Positions 43,256 through 54,546 are shown, numbered from the stretch's first letter. The stretch is DNA of 64,000 bases from an uncultured Nitrospinota bacterium (GCA_963707985.1 CAVPRW010000018.1:160001-224000); one strand, 5' to 3'. Numbers and translations: made by a program. Notes: generated by a model not told the origin, from the sequence alone.

Positions 43256-45189
43256 ATGCTCATCAACTTGAAGATTGACCGCATGGAGCCATTTGCTGAT
43301 GGGCTGGAATTCGGACCGGCGGGGGGATACCTTCGCATCACGGGAACGGCATACGGAGAGTTGGACCCAGCCCATCCGCTAAATACCGTCATCGTCAACC
43401 TTGACAAGGCGCCTCGCAATGGACGCGGCCTCGTCGAGTACGAGGCGGAGTTCGATATCCTGCGACCGGCGGATGTCGACAGAGGCAACCGGAAGATCCT
43501 GTACGAGGTGGTGAACCGGGGGCGCAAGAATCTCCTGCCAGTGTTCCATGTGACACCCGAGACCTCTCCGACGTCCTACAACGATCCTGTCACGGCAACG
43601 GATGCTGGCACCGGTTTTACCTTCCGCGCCGGCTATACCCTGGTATGGAGCGGGTGGGACCCAGATGCCCCACGTGCCAATCACGGCCTGAGTATGCGCG
43701 TCCCAGTCGCAACGCAGAATGGCACGCCGATCGTGAAAACCATTCGGGATGAGTTTGTGTTCGGCACGCGGGTTCCCACCACACGGCTGACCGCTCCCCT
43801 GAGTTATGAGGCCGAGACTCTGGATCAGGGCCAGGCGCGTCTCACCGTACGCACCAGAGAAGGGGACCCACGCACCGAGATTCCGCCATCCCAGTGGGCC
43901 TACTGCGAATGCCCGGAGCATCAAGCTCCTACCGGAGGGCACCGCGTTCCAGCCCGGCTTGATTTATGATTTCTGGTACCCGGCGAAGGATCCCAAAGTG
44001 CTGGGAATTGGCTTTGCGGCAACGCGCGATCTCATCTCTTTCTTGCGTTACGAGGCCCGAGACCGCGCTGGCAATGCGAACCCCGTAGCGCTCGACGGCG
44101 GTGAGCCGGGGTGCAGAGCGGTGCTGGCGTTCGGCCAGTCGCAGAGCGGTCGGTATCTCCGTGATCACGTCGCTCTCGGCTTCAATCAAGATGAAGCGGG
44201 ACGCAGAGTTATCGACGGCTACCTGAGCCACGTCGCCGGCATTGGCAAGGTCTTCGCCAACTACGAATTCGGCCAGCCGTATCGCACCCGCACCCAGCAT
44301 GAGGATCATTGGTTCCCCGAAAACCACTTTCCATTTGCCCATGCGACGCTCACCGACCCGGTGACCGGCCAGACCGGAGGCTTATGGCGTGGCGATGGCT
44401 TCGATCCGCTGGTCATCGAGGTCAATACCTCGACAGAATACTGGCAAAAGGGCGCGTCGCTGTTGCACACCGATCCGCTGGGGCAGCAGGATATCGTCAT
44501 TCCCCCTTCGGTCCGCCATTATATGGTCGCTGGGACGCAGCACGGCGGCCGCTGCGGGTATGCGAGCAGCACGAGGGACTGGCGTGCATCCCCGTAATCC
44601 CCACGACCCAACGCCAGCGCTCCGGGCCCTCTTGGTTGCACTCGATCGCTGGGTCACCGAAGGTGTAGAGCCGCCACCCAGTCGCGTGCCAACGCTTGTC
44701 GCAAGAACACTCGTAGCACCAAAGGACATACAGTTTCCAGCCATCCCTGAGATGCAAGCGCCGGGCTTTACCGATCGTGTTGAAGTGCTGACGGACTGGG
44801 TGCGTCCAGAGTCGGCTCCCAGCAGCGCCTATACCGCACTCGTGTCACAAGTGGATGGGGATGGGAACGAGGTTGCCGGCATTCGTCTACCTGGGATCGC
44901 CGTGCCACTGGCCACCCATACGGGATGGAATTTCTACAAGGCCCCGTATCCCGAGGGCGAGCTGTGCGATCGCGAGGGCTCCTATGTGCCCTTTGCCAGG
45001 ACAAAGGCAGAGCGCCTGGCAAACGGCGACCCCCGCCTGTCGCTGGAGGAACGGTACGCTAATCAAGAGGCCTATGTACAGAGGGTCAAAGAGGCCGTGC
45101 GCGAGTTGCAGGATGCGGGTCTCCTATTGCCCGAAGACGCTGCTCGCTTCGTGGATGAGGCGGCGCGTGGCCAGCTGTTCGCGTCCTAA
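43256..45189 (+). CDS. Alpha/beta hydrolase domain-containing protein (two frameshifts, ~43905 and ~44555)
   Basis: YEVVNRGRK, SGWD, GIGFAATRD, GQSQSGRYL (nucleophile elbow), TEYWQKGASL, DPRLSLEERY. Confidence 0.82.
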
Positions 45190-45402
45190 TCCCTTGTTAG
45201 CTCTGGAGTGGTATAACATGGCTTGATCTGTCGGGGAGGGTCTGGGGGAAAGGGTCCGTCCCGGCGTGGCCTCATCTAGGCTCGGCAAAGCGAGCGGAAT
45301 CTTGGTGCCCGCCAGCTGGGTTGACCTTATTCGGGAGGTTAGCTGGCTATGTGAGATCCCATGAGCCAAACAGCCTGAATACTTGCAAGCAGCGAATGAT
45401 GC

Positions 45403-46855
45403 TTAGGACCCTTGCGATTCTAGAATGAAGGACAGGCCATCGGCCATCTGCGTCATACGCCCCAGGAACAGACTGCCCTTGGCGAGGAACATGACGCGTC
45501 TCATGGTACCAGATGTCATGCGGTCAAGTGCATGGCCCAAAAACGGAATGGCTGAGGCAATATGACCTTGAGTGGGCGAAAAACCCGGCATACCATGGGC
45601 GCTCACGAACGCTGCGACCTCCGCCGGGAGAATTTCCTTCCGGAGCGCGGCTAGACCGGCGATGACACGATAGTTCAGCAGTGGCACATTGCCGCTGCCG
45701 GCGGGTTCAGTCACCTCGGGATTGTGCAGCTCTGTGGCATACTTGTCGACGTCCCGAAATCGCAATCCAAGCTGCTGTAAGGGCTTCGCAACGAGGTGCT
45801 CGAATATCGCCTGCTGCGACGATCCAGCGCCAACGGTATGGCGCCCAATCGCATCGACACGCATGACGGGTGAGTGTCCATCGTTTTCGCCGACAAGAAT
45901 CGCTACGCCCGCCAGCACATCTTCCAGAATCGGCTGATCGTGCTGGAGGTGCCCCTGAAATTTCATGCCCAGCTTGGCGAGCGAGCAGCCGGCGATGACC
46001 GCAACCTGCCGAAACATCCGGGAGCTGATCAGGCCCCCGGCCAAGGCCAGCGCGTGAACCGGGCCACAGCAGAAGCCTTTGACGTCAACGCCGGTTGCCA
46101 TTCTGCAACCACACATCTCTGCTACCGCTTTGGCCAGGTTACCACCGCCTCGTTGGTAGCGATCGCCGACCGCTTCCTCGCCGCTGTTCAGAACATACTC
46201 GATGGTCTGTGAATCGGTGCCCGTCTGACTTAACAGGGTCCGGAAAGCCATCGTAGCGCTGGCCTTGCAAACCAGATTTTCCAACAGGATGTCGGCGGTC
46301 AAAGAACCATCTTCATCATGAGCTGCGTGGATGCAGCCAATCAATCTCCCGTCGCGAAGATACAGAGGCTGGATCTGTCGATCGGTCCGCAGCTTGGATT
46401 CGATGCTAGCCAGTGATATGCCATCACCCAGCCGGCCGAGGTCCGCGACAGTGATGAGGGGATGCGTGGCCAGCAGATCTTTAACGGTCGCAGTGAATTG
46501 CTCGTCGAGCCACACCAGATCGAAGACGTCACACATCTTCACGATCCCGTAAAACTCCTCCTCTGGCATGATCTCGCCATGTGGCCCCCAGCGGCGCGCC
46601 CCATCGGTCACCTTGAACCAAGGTTGGCCATAGCTACGAAGGTCGTCGGGAAAGATACTCCCCAGGAACGCCTGGTTAGGAGGATACGCCGCGGCCGCTG
46701 CGTACGGGCGTAGGTGTGCAGAAATCGTGGCCATCAAGCCCTGGATCCTTGCCAAGCTCGCGCGCTGGTTTGGAGCCATAGCGCACCAAACCCGGCGTAT
46801 GCGCAAGGAAAAAGCGTACCCCGCGTATGACCGGCTCAACGATCGCCTGGGGCAT
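45403..46855 (-). CDS. grdC: Glycine/sarcosine/betaine reductase complex component C subunit beta (frameshift near 46735)
   Basis: N-terminus PVIRGVRFFLAHTPGLVRYGSKP; EEAVGDRYQRGGGN, ELHNPEVT, PTQGHI, KGSLFLGRMT. Confidence 0.88.
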
Positions 46856-46935
46856 CTGTATGCTCCTTCGAAAAGGGCCGCGTGCTGAAGGCTGTGCAGA
46901 GGGGCTAGCTCAGCCCTCAGCGGGCAGTGCCGACC

Positions 46936-48237
46936 TCAAAATTCCGCACAACTCAGGCGATTGAAGCCGTAATGATCGTCGTATCGTGGCGGTGGCGGCA
47001 AAGGGCCAACGGTTGGCACTGGCTGATCGCGTAGCGGACCGATCAGCTTCGTCTGGTGGCCGATGACGCGTTGGACAGCGGGTAGTTCGGGGACCTCGAG
47101 CGTGCGCGTTTTAAAAAAACTGGTGCTGACGATGGCATCTGCCTCCCGCAGTGGTTCAAGCATCGTTGGGGCTCCGCCGGTGGCGTCATCCTCGCTGGTC
47201 AAAAATACGGTTTTGATGCCCAGTTGCTCGCATGCCTGGATGGTGCGGATAACCTCGATAAACTCGTTGCCCCCGGCATCCCAGGTGACAATCGCACCCT
47301 GTGCCCCCAACATCTGGGCAAGCTTGGCCGTCTGATTGGCCATCAACTGCTTCTCGTGTTGCGTCGTCCATTCCGTGCGCAACGCAATGACCCCAAGGAA
47401 ATTCCAGTCCACCCCATGCCGTCGATACAGGTCCAGGAGCACCGGGTTATTGGCGACGGTCCATGACATCGCCAGAGCGGTGCGATAGGGACCGGTCATC
47501 GCACCATCGAGGATTTCATTGGGATGAAATAGCCAGGGGGGTGTCAGTTGCGTCAGGCCATACGTGGTGGTGCAGAAGGTATGCAATGACCCGGACATCG
47601 CCTGTGGTGAGTGGATGCATTGGATGTACATCACCTTGGGCAGGGTATGATCAACCGAGCCTAACTCGAATACCTCAGACTCTGGAGGCGGCAAGTCTCG
47701 TACGGCGGCTGCTAGCCGATCGGACACGGTGAGAGCCGCGTTATGGACGGCGAGATTTTGGGCCTCGTTTCCTAGAGCAGGGTCAGGTTCCACGACGACA
47801 CACACATTGATCAGCGAGCTCATCGGGATCAACTCAGCCCATGGCCCGCTCATATCCAGGAAGATTTCGACATAGTCCCCACCGGCCTCATGCCAATTGA
47901 CCCCGGAGACTTCGGTGACCCCTATCCCTGCAAGACGATGGGTCCGCCCCTGGCCAACAGTCGTAATCGGCCGACCGCAGATCCCAGGGTACACGACGCC
48001 CGGTCCTTCGACTTTGATACGTGGCTCGATGACATCGCGTACGGGCCAGATGCGGACTGATTCCCCAGGCTTCGCGATCTCCAGCTCAGCTGTAGCGATA
48101 CGCGGGTCGTGCAGGATCACGTCGAGAATGGCGTCGCGATCGATCTCCAGACGCCCATCCTGCCACCGCGTATGAGATCCAAAAACGACATCGTGTACCG
48201 GGAATGTCCCCATTTCAAGACGCATTCGAATCTCCAC
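46936..48237 (-). CDS. Glycine/sarcosine/betaine reductase component B proprotein (GrdE/GrdG/GrdI family)
   Basis: RLEMGTFPV, PGESVRIWPVRDVIEPRIKV, GRTHRL, DMSGP, PNEILDGA, NNPV. Lies between grdB and grdC. Confidence 0.88.
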   Translation of the reverse strand: MEIRMRLEMGTFPVHDVVFGSHTRWQDGRLEIDRDAILDVILHDPRIATAELEIAKPGESVRIWPVRDVIEPRIKVEGPGVVYPGICGRPITTVGQGRTHRLAGIGVTEVSGVNWHEAGGDYVEIFLDMSGPWAELIPMSSLINVCVVVEPDPALGNEAQNLAVHNAALTVSDRLAAAVRDLPPPESEVFELGSVDHTLPKVMYIQCIHSPQAMSGSLHTFCTTTYGLTQLTPPWLFHPNEILDGAMTGPYRTALAMSWTVANNPVLLDLYRRHGVDWNFLGVIALRTEWTTQHEKQLMANQTAKLAQMLGAQGAIVTWDAGGNEFIEVIRTIQACEQLGIKTVFLTSEDDATGGAPTMLEPLREADAIVSTSFFKTRTLEVPELPAVQRVIGHQTKLIGPLRDQPVPTVGPLPPPPRYDDHYGFNRLSCAEF

Positions 48238-48348
48238 GTGACTCCCTCACCCATAGAGAGCATGGTCACCAGGTTGAGGGTAGACACCAGCAATGAGGCA
48301 CCCTTCACCCCCTCCCAAGCTTGGAGAGGGCTGCGGCCAGGGAGACGC

Positions 48349-49683
48349 TTAGCCGTCGGGCAACTCCACCGGATCGAACAGCGTCGGCCTATCAACGGGT
48401 GTCTGCAACGCCTTCAAGGCTGTGCGGACGATGCGCAGTCCGTACAGATAATCTTTCTCAGGACCAAGGTCTGGGTCCCCGCAGACATGCTCGATTCGAC
48501 TGCCTCGTACCACGCGATTGGCCCCGGTTGTCATGGCGAACTCATAGATCGCTGAAATCTGGGCCGTGGGAATGCCGACGCGCTCAATCTCTTTGGTCAT
48601 CGTTGCACCGCAACGATTGCAAGTGCCTCAAGTGGCGACCAGAAGACAGCCGGCAACCCGGGCTTCCTGGAGCTCGCGGGCTACGTCTGCCCCCATGCGC
48701 CGCGCCTGTGCCACTGGAGTGCTCACCCCCGGCAGGGCGTATATATAGGGATATATGCCACCGATCTCACCCTTAGCCTCTATGTCGCGCATGAAGCTCA
48801 GAGGCAGGATATAATTGGGATTCTTGTTGACAATATGATTGAAATAGCCAGCGTGATAAGCCTCCCAGTCTTTCCCGCTCAAACTTTCAAGCTCTGAGAC
48901 ATCATGGCGGAAGTAGCGCGTTGCGTTGGCGGAGACTTGCTTATCGGGATTTCCTTTGCGGACCAGGCCGCCGGTGGTGACGAGGGCGATCGTCGCCGTC
49001 GCGAGATCAGCGATGGGCAAAGCGGGCGAGACGCGTTCGGGGACCAGAATCGGCACCTCGGTGGTGAACGGCTGTCCCGCCAATTTGGCTTTGAGCATAT
49101 CGAGCGCACGTCGGTATCCTGGAGTCGCACGGGTATATATCAAGCGCACGCCGCGGGGCAGAAACCCCTCGACTTCAGCGGGCCCAAGGGATTCTCTGCG
49201 ACCCAGTTTGATGCCCAGGCGGGCCATCTCCCTGAGAGCAGCCTGCATCCCCACTGGACTGGCACCGGTGGGAACGATCAAGATATCTGGTCTACCACTC
49301 TCGACTCCAGGGTTCTCCGGATGCATCCCTGTCAACGCCGGGATGCCGATCCCCTGTGCAGCTTTGCAAACCTCGGCACAGGCCAATCCGTAGCGCCCGG
49401 ACTCGAAGGCCGGCCCAGCGATTACCACATCTGGCTTGAGGTCTTGCAGCATCCCGACGATCGCCGTGATGGCGTCATCACGTGCATCGTTGAGAAAGTT
49501 GTCGCCGCAGATGAGCGTGGCCACCACGGAGCCCTCGTCATTAAGGATCTGTTGGAGGGGACGCCCAGAGCCGACCGGACCTTGCTGCACACGGGGAGGG
49601 ATGTTGGCTGCATCCTCTCCGCCAATTCCCGCAAAGAACTGGTTCAGATAATGAACCACTCGCAACGGGGCTCGCATAGCCAT
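48349..49683 (-). CDS. grdB: Glycine/sarcosine/betaine reductase selenoprotein B (GrdB/F/H family), selenocysteine at TGA 48628-48630
   Basis: VVHYLNQFFAGIGGE, GPAFESGRYG. The two ORFs are in the same frame, and read-through gives VAT-U-GTCNRCGATMTKEIERVGIP (UxxCxxC motif). Confidence 0.92.
48599..48617 (-). promoter_or_regulatory. Bacterial SECIS-like hairpin
   Basis: AUCGUUGC-GGU-GCAACGAU: perfect 8-bp stem with a G-containing loop, starting 10 nt 3' of the in-frame UGA. Confidence 0.75.
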
Positions 49684-50123
49684 CCTCCCACCTTCTCACG
49701 TGCTTCAGACGCCCTCCATGGTCATCTGTCCACGGCCATGAGTGTATAACGCCTTGCAGCCGCACACCGAGACCTTCATTACCAGCCTGCGATCGAAGAA
49801 CTGCTGCCAATATACTACCTGAAAGGCCGCGCACTGTAGTTCCACCCTTCCCAACCCCTCATCCGTCAAGAGGGAGGGCTGGGTGGGGGACCGATACCAT
49901 GCACGGGGCCTATGGCGCCCAGCATTATGAGTTGTCCCAGACCATTGGTATGGCATCAATGGCGCGATCTTACTGCAGGGGCGGACATGTCGGCAAGAGA
50001 AAAAGCCGTGAGCCTCAAGTCCCTATGCTATAACATCAGGCATGAGGTTCAAGTCTACTGACCCGAGGACGGGAGATGGATACATCGAGGAAAGGTTTGC
50101 GCCAGCGACGTGAGGGGACTTCG

Positions 50124-50924
50124 ATGGTTGATTACGGTGTTTATAGGCATCTTATCGTCGATAAGCAAGAAGGCATCGCACGCATCACGATGAACCGACC
50201 CGAGGTCTATAACGCCACCAATGGCCGATTACACTACGAGCTCGGGCACATTTGGCTGGATATTGGTGCGGATCCTGAGGTGCGGGTGGCGATCATTACA
50301 GGGGCGGGAAAGGCCTTTTCTGCTGGGGGAGATCTGGACCTGATCGAGGATTTTCTTGGGGATGCACCGGCGATCGCGAATACGATGAAGGAGGCCGGCG
50401 ACATCGTCTACAACATCATAAACCTGGAAAAGCCGGTGATCTCAGCCATCAACGGCATCGCTGTAGGCGCCGGTCTGGCAGTGGCACTGATGGCGGACAT
50501 CTCAATCGCTTCAGAGGAAGCGCGCTTTACGGATGGCCATATCCGTCTGGGAGTGGGAGCTGGTGATCACTCTGTCATCATCTGGCCGCTCTTGTGTGGT
50601 ATGGCCCGCGCCAAGCGCTATTTGTTGACGGCCGACTTTCTTGACGCGAAAGAGGCCGAGCGTATCGGGTTGATAAGTATGGTCGTGCCTCACGAGCAAT
50701 TGATGCCCACCGCCATGGAATTTGCACACAAACTGGCCACCGGCCCACAATCGGCCATCCGTTGGACAAAACGGGCACTCAACCAGTGGTTGCGCATGAT
50801 GGGCCCGGCCTTCGATTACTCGTTAGCCACTGAGATGCTCGGCTTCTTCGGCCCTGACGTTCGGGAAGGGCTGCAAGCCTTACGCGAGAAGCGCCAGCCG
50901 AACTTTCCCTCAGCACAGGGATGA
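50124..50924 (+). CDS. Enoyl-CoA hydratase/isomerase family protein
   Basis: ITMNRPEVYNA, AFSAGGDL, KPVISAINGIAVGAG, DGHIRLGVGAGDH. Confidence 0.92.
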   Translation: MVDYGVYRHLIVDKQEGIARITMNRPEVYNATNGRLHYELGHIWLDIGADPEVRVAIITGAGKAFSAGGDLDLIEDFLGDAPAIANTMKEAGDIVYNIINLEKPVISAINGIAVGAGLAVALMADISIASEEARFTDGHIRLGVGAGDHSVIIWPLLCGMARAKRYLLTADFLDAKEAERIGLISMVVPHEQLMPTAMEFAHKLATGPQSAIRWTKRALNQWLRMMGPAFDYSLATEMLGFFGPDVREGLQALREKRQPNFPSAQG

Positions 50925-51073
50925 GGCAGAGGCGTCTGGCGCCGCGGCCAATCTCTGCGGGAAGAGGGATAGCACCTCTCCAGAGTGTCGAAATCAGGCT
51001 GTGTCGCTGCTCAAATCAAGAGGCCCGGCTACTAATACATGGCAGCCGAGCCTTGGAGCCTCATCGCACAATG

Positions 51074-51532
51074 TTAGCGGGTGCAACTTTGCTGTTGCTG
51101 CTTCATGTAGGCTTCGGCACGCCTTGCCAGCTCTTCAGGCTGCAGATCTTCGATATGGGTGGCGATCCACCAATGATTGCCGACGGGATCGACCACGCTT
51201 GCGCTGCGGTCTCCATAAAACTGGTTCGCCGGCTCCATCAATGACTTCGCACCTGCTTGAAGCGCCCGCTGGTAGGTGGCATCCGTGTCATTGACATACA
51301 GGTAAATAGAGCCAGGCATAGGCTTGAAATCGCCATGAGCCTCGCCCATCATAATGGGCGAGTCCCCAACCCTCACCTCGGCATGGGCAATGGTCCCATC
51401 CGGTGCTGGCATCCGCATAATCTCTTGTGCGGTGAACGCTTGCTTCAGGAAATCAAGTAACTTCGGCACGTCTTGAACCATCAGATAAGGTGTCACGCTA
51501 TGAAAACCCTCAGGGATCGGTTTGACTGCCAT
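51074..51532 (-). CDS. VOC family protein (PhnB-like)
   Basis: VKPIPEGFHSVTPYL, HAEVRVGDS, QFYGDRSASVVDPVGNHWWIATH. Confidence 0.9.
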   Translation of the reverse strand: MAVKPIPEGFHSVTPYLMVQDVPKLLDFLKQAFTAQEIMRMPAPDGTIAHAEVRVGDSPIMMGEAHGDFKPMPGSIYLYVNDTDATYQRALQAGAKSLMEPANQFYGDRSASVVDPVGNHWWIATHIEDLQPEELARRAEAYMKQQQQSCTR

Positions 51533-51629
51533 GTGCAATTCCTCCTTTGCCGATGATTGGTCGGTGACGTGTTACAGCGATCAGCACCGCAGACGTCGTA
51601 GGCTTACACGACCCCTTGCTCACCCCCTT

Positions 51630-51896
51630 TCATGCAGCCGGCCGCTTTTGCTGCTGGCGCGTCGGTGGCGTGGCCTCGAGCGACGATAGCGATGTCGGGT
51701 GCGCCACCGTCAAAGCTCGAACGGAATGGAACCACTGGGACAACGGCCACACCGTTTCGCCGCTCGTGCATCTGGGACAGCGCGGGCTACCGGTGAAGAT
51801 GATCTCGCATCCAACGCAGAAGAGCGCCCGCCCTAGGAGAATCTGCCCCTGAGAATGGCCATAGTCTCGTCGTACGACAAAGGATCGTTTCGACAT
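51630..51896 (-). CDS. Small zinc-ribbon hypothetical protein, likely co-transcribed with lexA
   Basis: CVGC...CPRC; RBS AAGGAG; starts 22 bp after the lexA stop. Confidence 0.65.
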   Translation of the reverse strand: MSKRSFVVRRDYGHSQGQILLGRALFCVGCEIIFTGSPRCPRCTSGETVWPLSQWFHSVRALTVAHPTSLSSLEATPPTRQQQKRPAA

Positions 51897-51918
51897 GCTG
51901 TGATCTCCTTCCCTGCGC

Positions 51919-52530
51919 TTAATATTTCCGGATTAATCCAGCCACAACGCCCTTGACCTCGACCGCCGCCACGTCCACTTGTATTGGGGTCATCTGCGCA
52001 TTGGCAGGCCGCAATTCCACGATCGGGCCACGTCGGTAAAAGCGCTTAATCGTTGCCTCGCCGTGCACAACAGCCACCACCGTGTCGCCATTGTTGGGGA
52101 CAAGTTGTTGCTGCACAATGACGAGATCCCCCTCCCGAATGCCATCATCGATCATGGAATCACCCCGCACTTCCATGACGAAGTGCGTACCTGCACGCAA
52201 TAACATGGGCGGTACCAAAATCGGTTCGTGATGTTCGAAGACTTCGACGGGCTTACCGGCCATTACCCGACCGATCAGGGGGATTTCCAACAAAGGTTCG
52301 GTTGTGGGCTGCCGCACTAGGGTGATCCCACGGGCGACATTCGGCTGCCGGCGCAGATACCCCTTGCGCTCCAGAATGAGGACATAATCACGCGCATTTT
52401 TTTCGGTCAGGTGCAACTCCTGAGCCAGCTCCTGGAACGTCGGCGGATATCCCCAGTCGCGAATCAACTGCGTGATACACGCCAACACCCGTGCCTGCTT
52501 TTCCGTCAGCTCCATAGCCATGTGGTCCAT
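51919..52530 (-). CDS. lexA: Transcriptional repressor LexA
   Basis: LTEKQ...GYPPTFQEL wHTH, GRVMAG (Ala-Gly cleavage site), VRGDSM (Ser), ATIKRF (Lys). Start uncertain among 52551, 52530, 52521 and 52515. Confidence 0.93.
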   Translation of the reverse strand: MDHMAMELTEKQARVLACITQLIRDWGYPPTFQELAQELHLTEKNARDYVLILERKGYLRRQPNVARGITLVRQPTTEPLLEIPLIGRVMAGKPVEVFEHHEPILVPPMLLRAGTHFVMEVRGDSMIDDGIREGDLVIVQQQLVPNNGDTVVAVVHGEATIKRFYRRGPIVELRPANAQMTPIQVDVAAVEVKGVVAGLIRKY

Positions 52531-52580
52531 CGGATTCCCCTTATGGTCCATTTGATGGGGATGATCTCAAACCGGATGAA

Positions 52581-52609
52581 ATCATACCTTTGAAGAATTC
52601 ACCTGTCAA
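52581..52609 (-). promoter_or_regulatory. Sigma70 promoter of lexA
   Basis: Minus strand TTGACA-17 nt-TATGAT. Confidence 0.7.
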
Positions 52610-52959
52610 GCGGAAAATCGCCGCGGGGTTTCAGGCACCGTCGGAAATGTTTGACCCCACTAAGACGCTGTAGCCGAACCGTCCGAAGGAAGAGCACCGC
52701 GTCGATCGTCGTCGATCCGGGGAGACCTCTCATACATCCTATAACGGCGACTCGTACGGGATGTCCAGTATTAGTGGGGTCGGCTTCGTCGCTCAGAAGT
52801 ATGTGTTCGAAACGTGGCTGGAGGGAGGAAGTCAAGCAAAGATGAGCGCTTAGAGTGAGCCTCACCGTCCCCTGCGCAGACGCACGGGAGTGGTGCGGCT
52901 AGATGTGGGCTATCCATGGGTGGAGTGCGGTTTCTTCTGCTGATGCCCCGGCCTTGAGG

Positions 52960-54502
52960 TTATCTCTCTTTCGGCTCCCATGTCCACGGCGGTGTGGTCC
53001 AACCCTGCAGGTCGTACTCGCCCATGCACTGGTCAGCGAGCTCCTTGAAACCGTCGAGGTGCCCTTTGACCCGCGCGAAATTCAGCACATCGAGGCGAAT
53101 CTGTTCGTTGTTGCCGGAGTAGTTGCGCTCGTACAGTTCGTGCCGCGCCCCGAACTCCGTGCCGATGGCGTCCCAGATCAGTTTGAAGAGTTTAATGCGC
53201 TGCTCGGCGGTGCTGTCCGAGCCCCGGTAATACTTGTCGATCAGCGGGCGCAAGTCGTCGTTGAGCATGTCCTTGTAACTCGACGGCGCCACCAGTGGGC
53301 TGCCGCCGAGATAGGTTTCGAACAGGCGATGGATCTCCGCCCAACATTCGTGTGAGAACAGACGCAGGGTCGCGGCGTTTTCGGTTTTCGGGATGACGGA
53401 GGTGCCCGGCCCCGGCTGGGTGTCCATGCAGAGCGTGGTGGTGAGCGCCCAGATCAGGTTGCGCCAGCCGATCATCTCGCCGAGTGCCACCTGCACGCCA
53501 CGGAAGTCGTCTGTACCATTGGCGGCGATGCCCTTGGCGAACAGGCCTGACATGAAATCGAGCTTGACGCCGAGTCGTGTGCCGGATTGCAGGTTGTAGC
53601 GGCTGAAGAAGCCAGAGGCGCGGTAAAAGGCGTTAGCCTTCTCGACATCGCGGTAGATGAGGACGTTCTCCCAGGGGATGAAGGCATTATCGAGGAGCAA
53701 CACGGCATCGTTTTCGTCGAAGCGGCTCGACAAGGGATGGTCGAATGGGCTCATGGCCTTATCCTCGTAGGAGGTGCGGCAGAGGAGTTTGGCGCCTTTC
53801 GTATCCATGTCCGCAATGAAGACCAGGGCGAAGGCTTCGGCCTTGTCTTTCTCGAGATTGACAGTGCTGTTCTGCGCCACGAACGTGGCGTGGGTGATCG
53901 CCGAGCCGGTCGCCAGCATCTTGGCACCGCTGACGATGATACCGTCGTCCTGCTCCTTGACGACGTGGACAAAGACGTCGGCCACCTCGTGAATCGGCTT
54001 CTTGCGGTCAACGGGTGGATTGACCAGGACGTGATTCAGGAAGAGCGCACGCGAGGCGAATTTCTTGTACCAAGTTCAGCGCATTGTCGCCAAATGGCGC
54101 ATAGAACTCTGGGTTAGCGCCAAGGCTGGCCATAAACGCGGCCTTATACTCCGGTGTGCGCCCCATGAAGCCGTAACTCAGCCGCGCCCAGGCGGCGATG
54201 GCATCCCGTGCTGCCAGCAGCTCATGTGACGATTGGCTGGGCGCGAAAAATCTGTGCGTACGGATGCCGTAATCGTCGATGGTGGTGAGCAGGTCACGTT
54301 GCGCCGGATCATGTAACGTATCATACAGGCGCATGATGGAGCGGGCCGCGTTGCGAAAGGCTGGATGCGTCGTCACATCGTGCACGCGTTCGCCATAAAT
54401 GTAGACTTCGCGTGCATCGCGCAGACTTTCGAGATACTCCGCGCCGGTCATCAGGGCGTTGATCTCGGTGCCTGGGGTGGGACCTGCGATGGGTGTGGTC
54501 AT
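52960..54502 (-). CDS. 4-hydroxyphenylacetate 3-hydroxylase family flavin-dependent monooxygenase, oxygenase component (frameshift near 54075)
   Basis: MTGAEYLESLRD, VTTHPAF, MGRTPEY, GAKMLAT, SRFDENDA, RHELYERNY. Confidence 0.9.
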
Positions 54503-54546
54503 CGTCGCTTTCTCCTGATGGACAGAGCCTCTCCCCTGTGCCTTGA

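Noticed and set aside
41966..43375. Long antisense ORFs (e.g. 41966..43375-, 36353..37345-, 48904..49749+, 57941..58675-, 40871..41617-)
   Set aside because: They shadow well-supported genes on the opposite strand, as expected in GC-rich DNA, and carry no recognisable motifs.
48628..48630. grdB as a nonsense pseudogene
   Set aside because: The stop is TGA at exactly the Sec position of the family motif and is followed by a SECIS-like hairpin.
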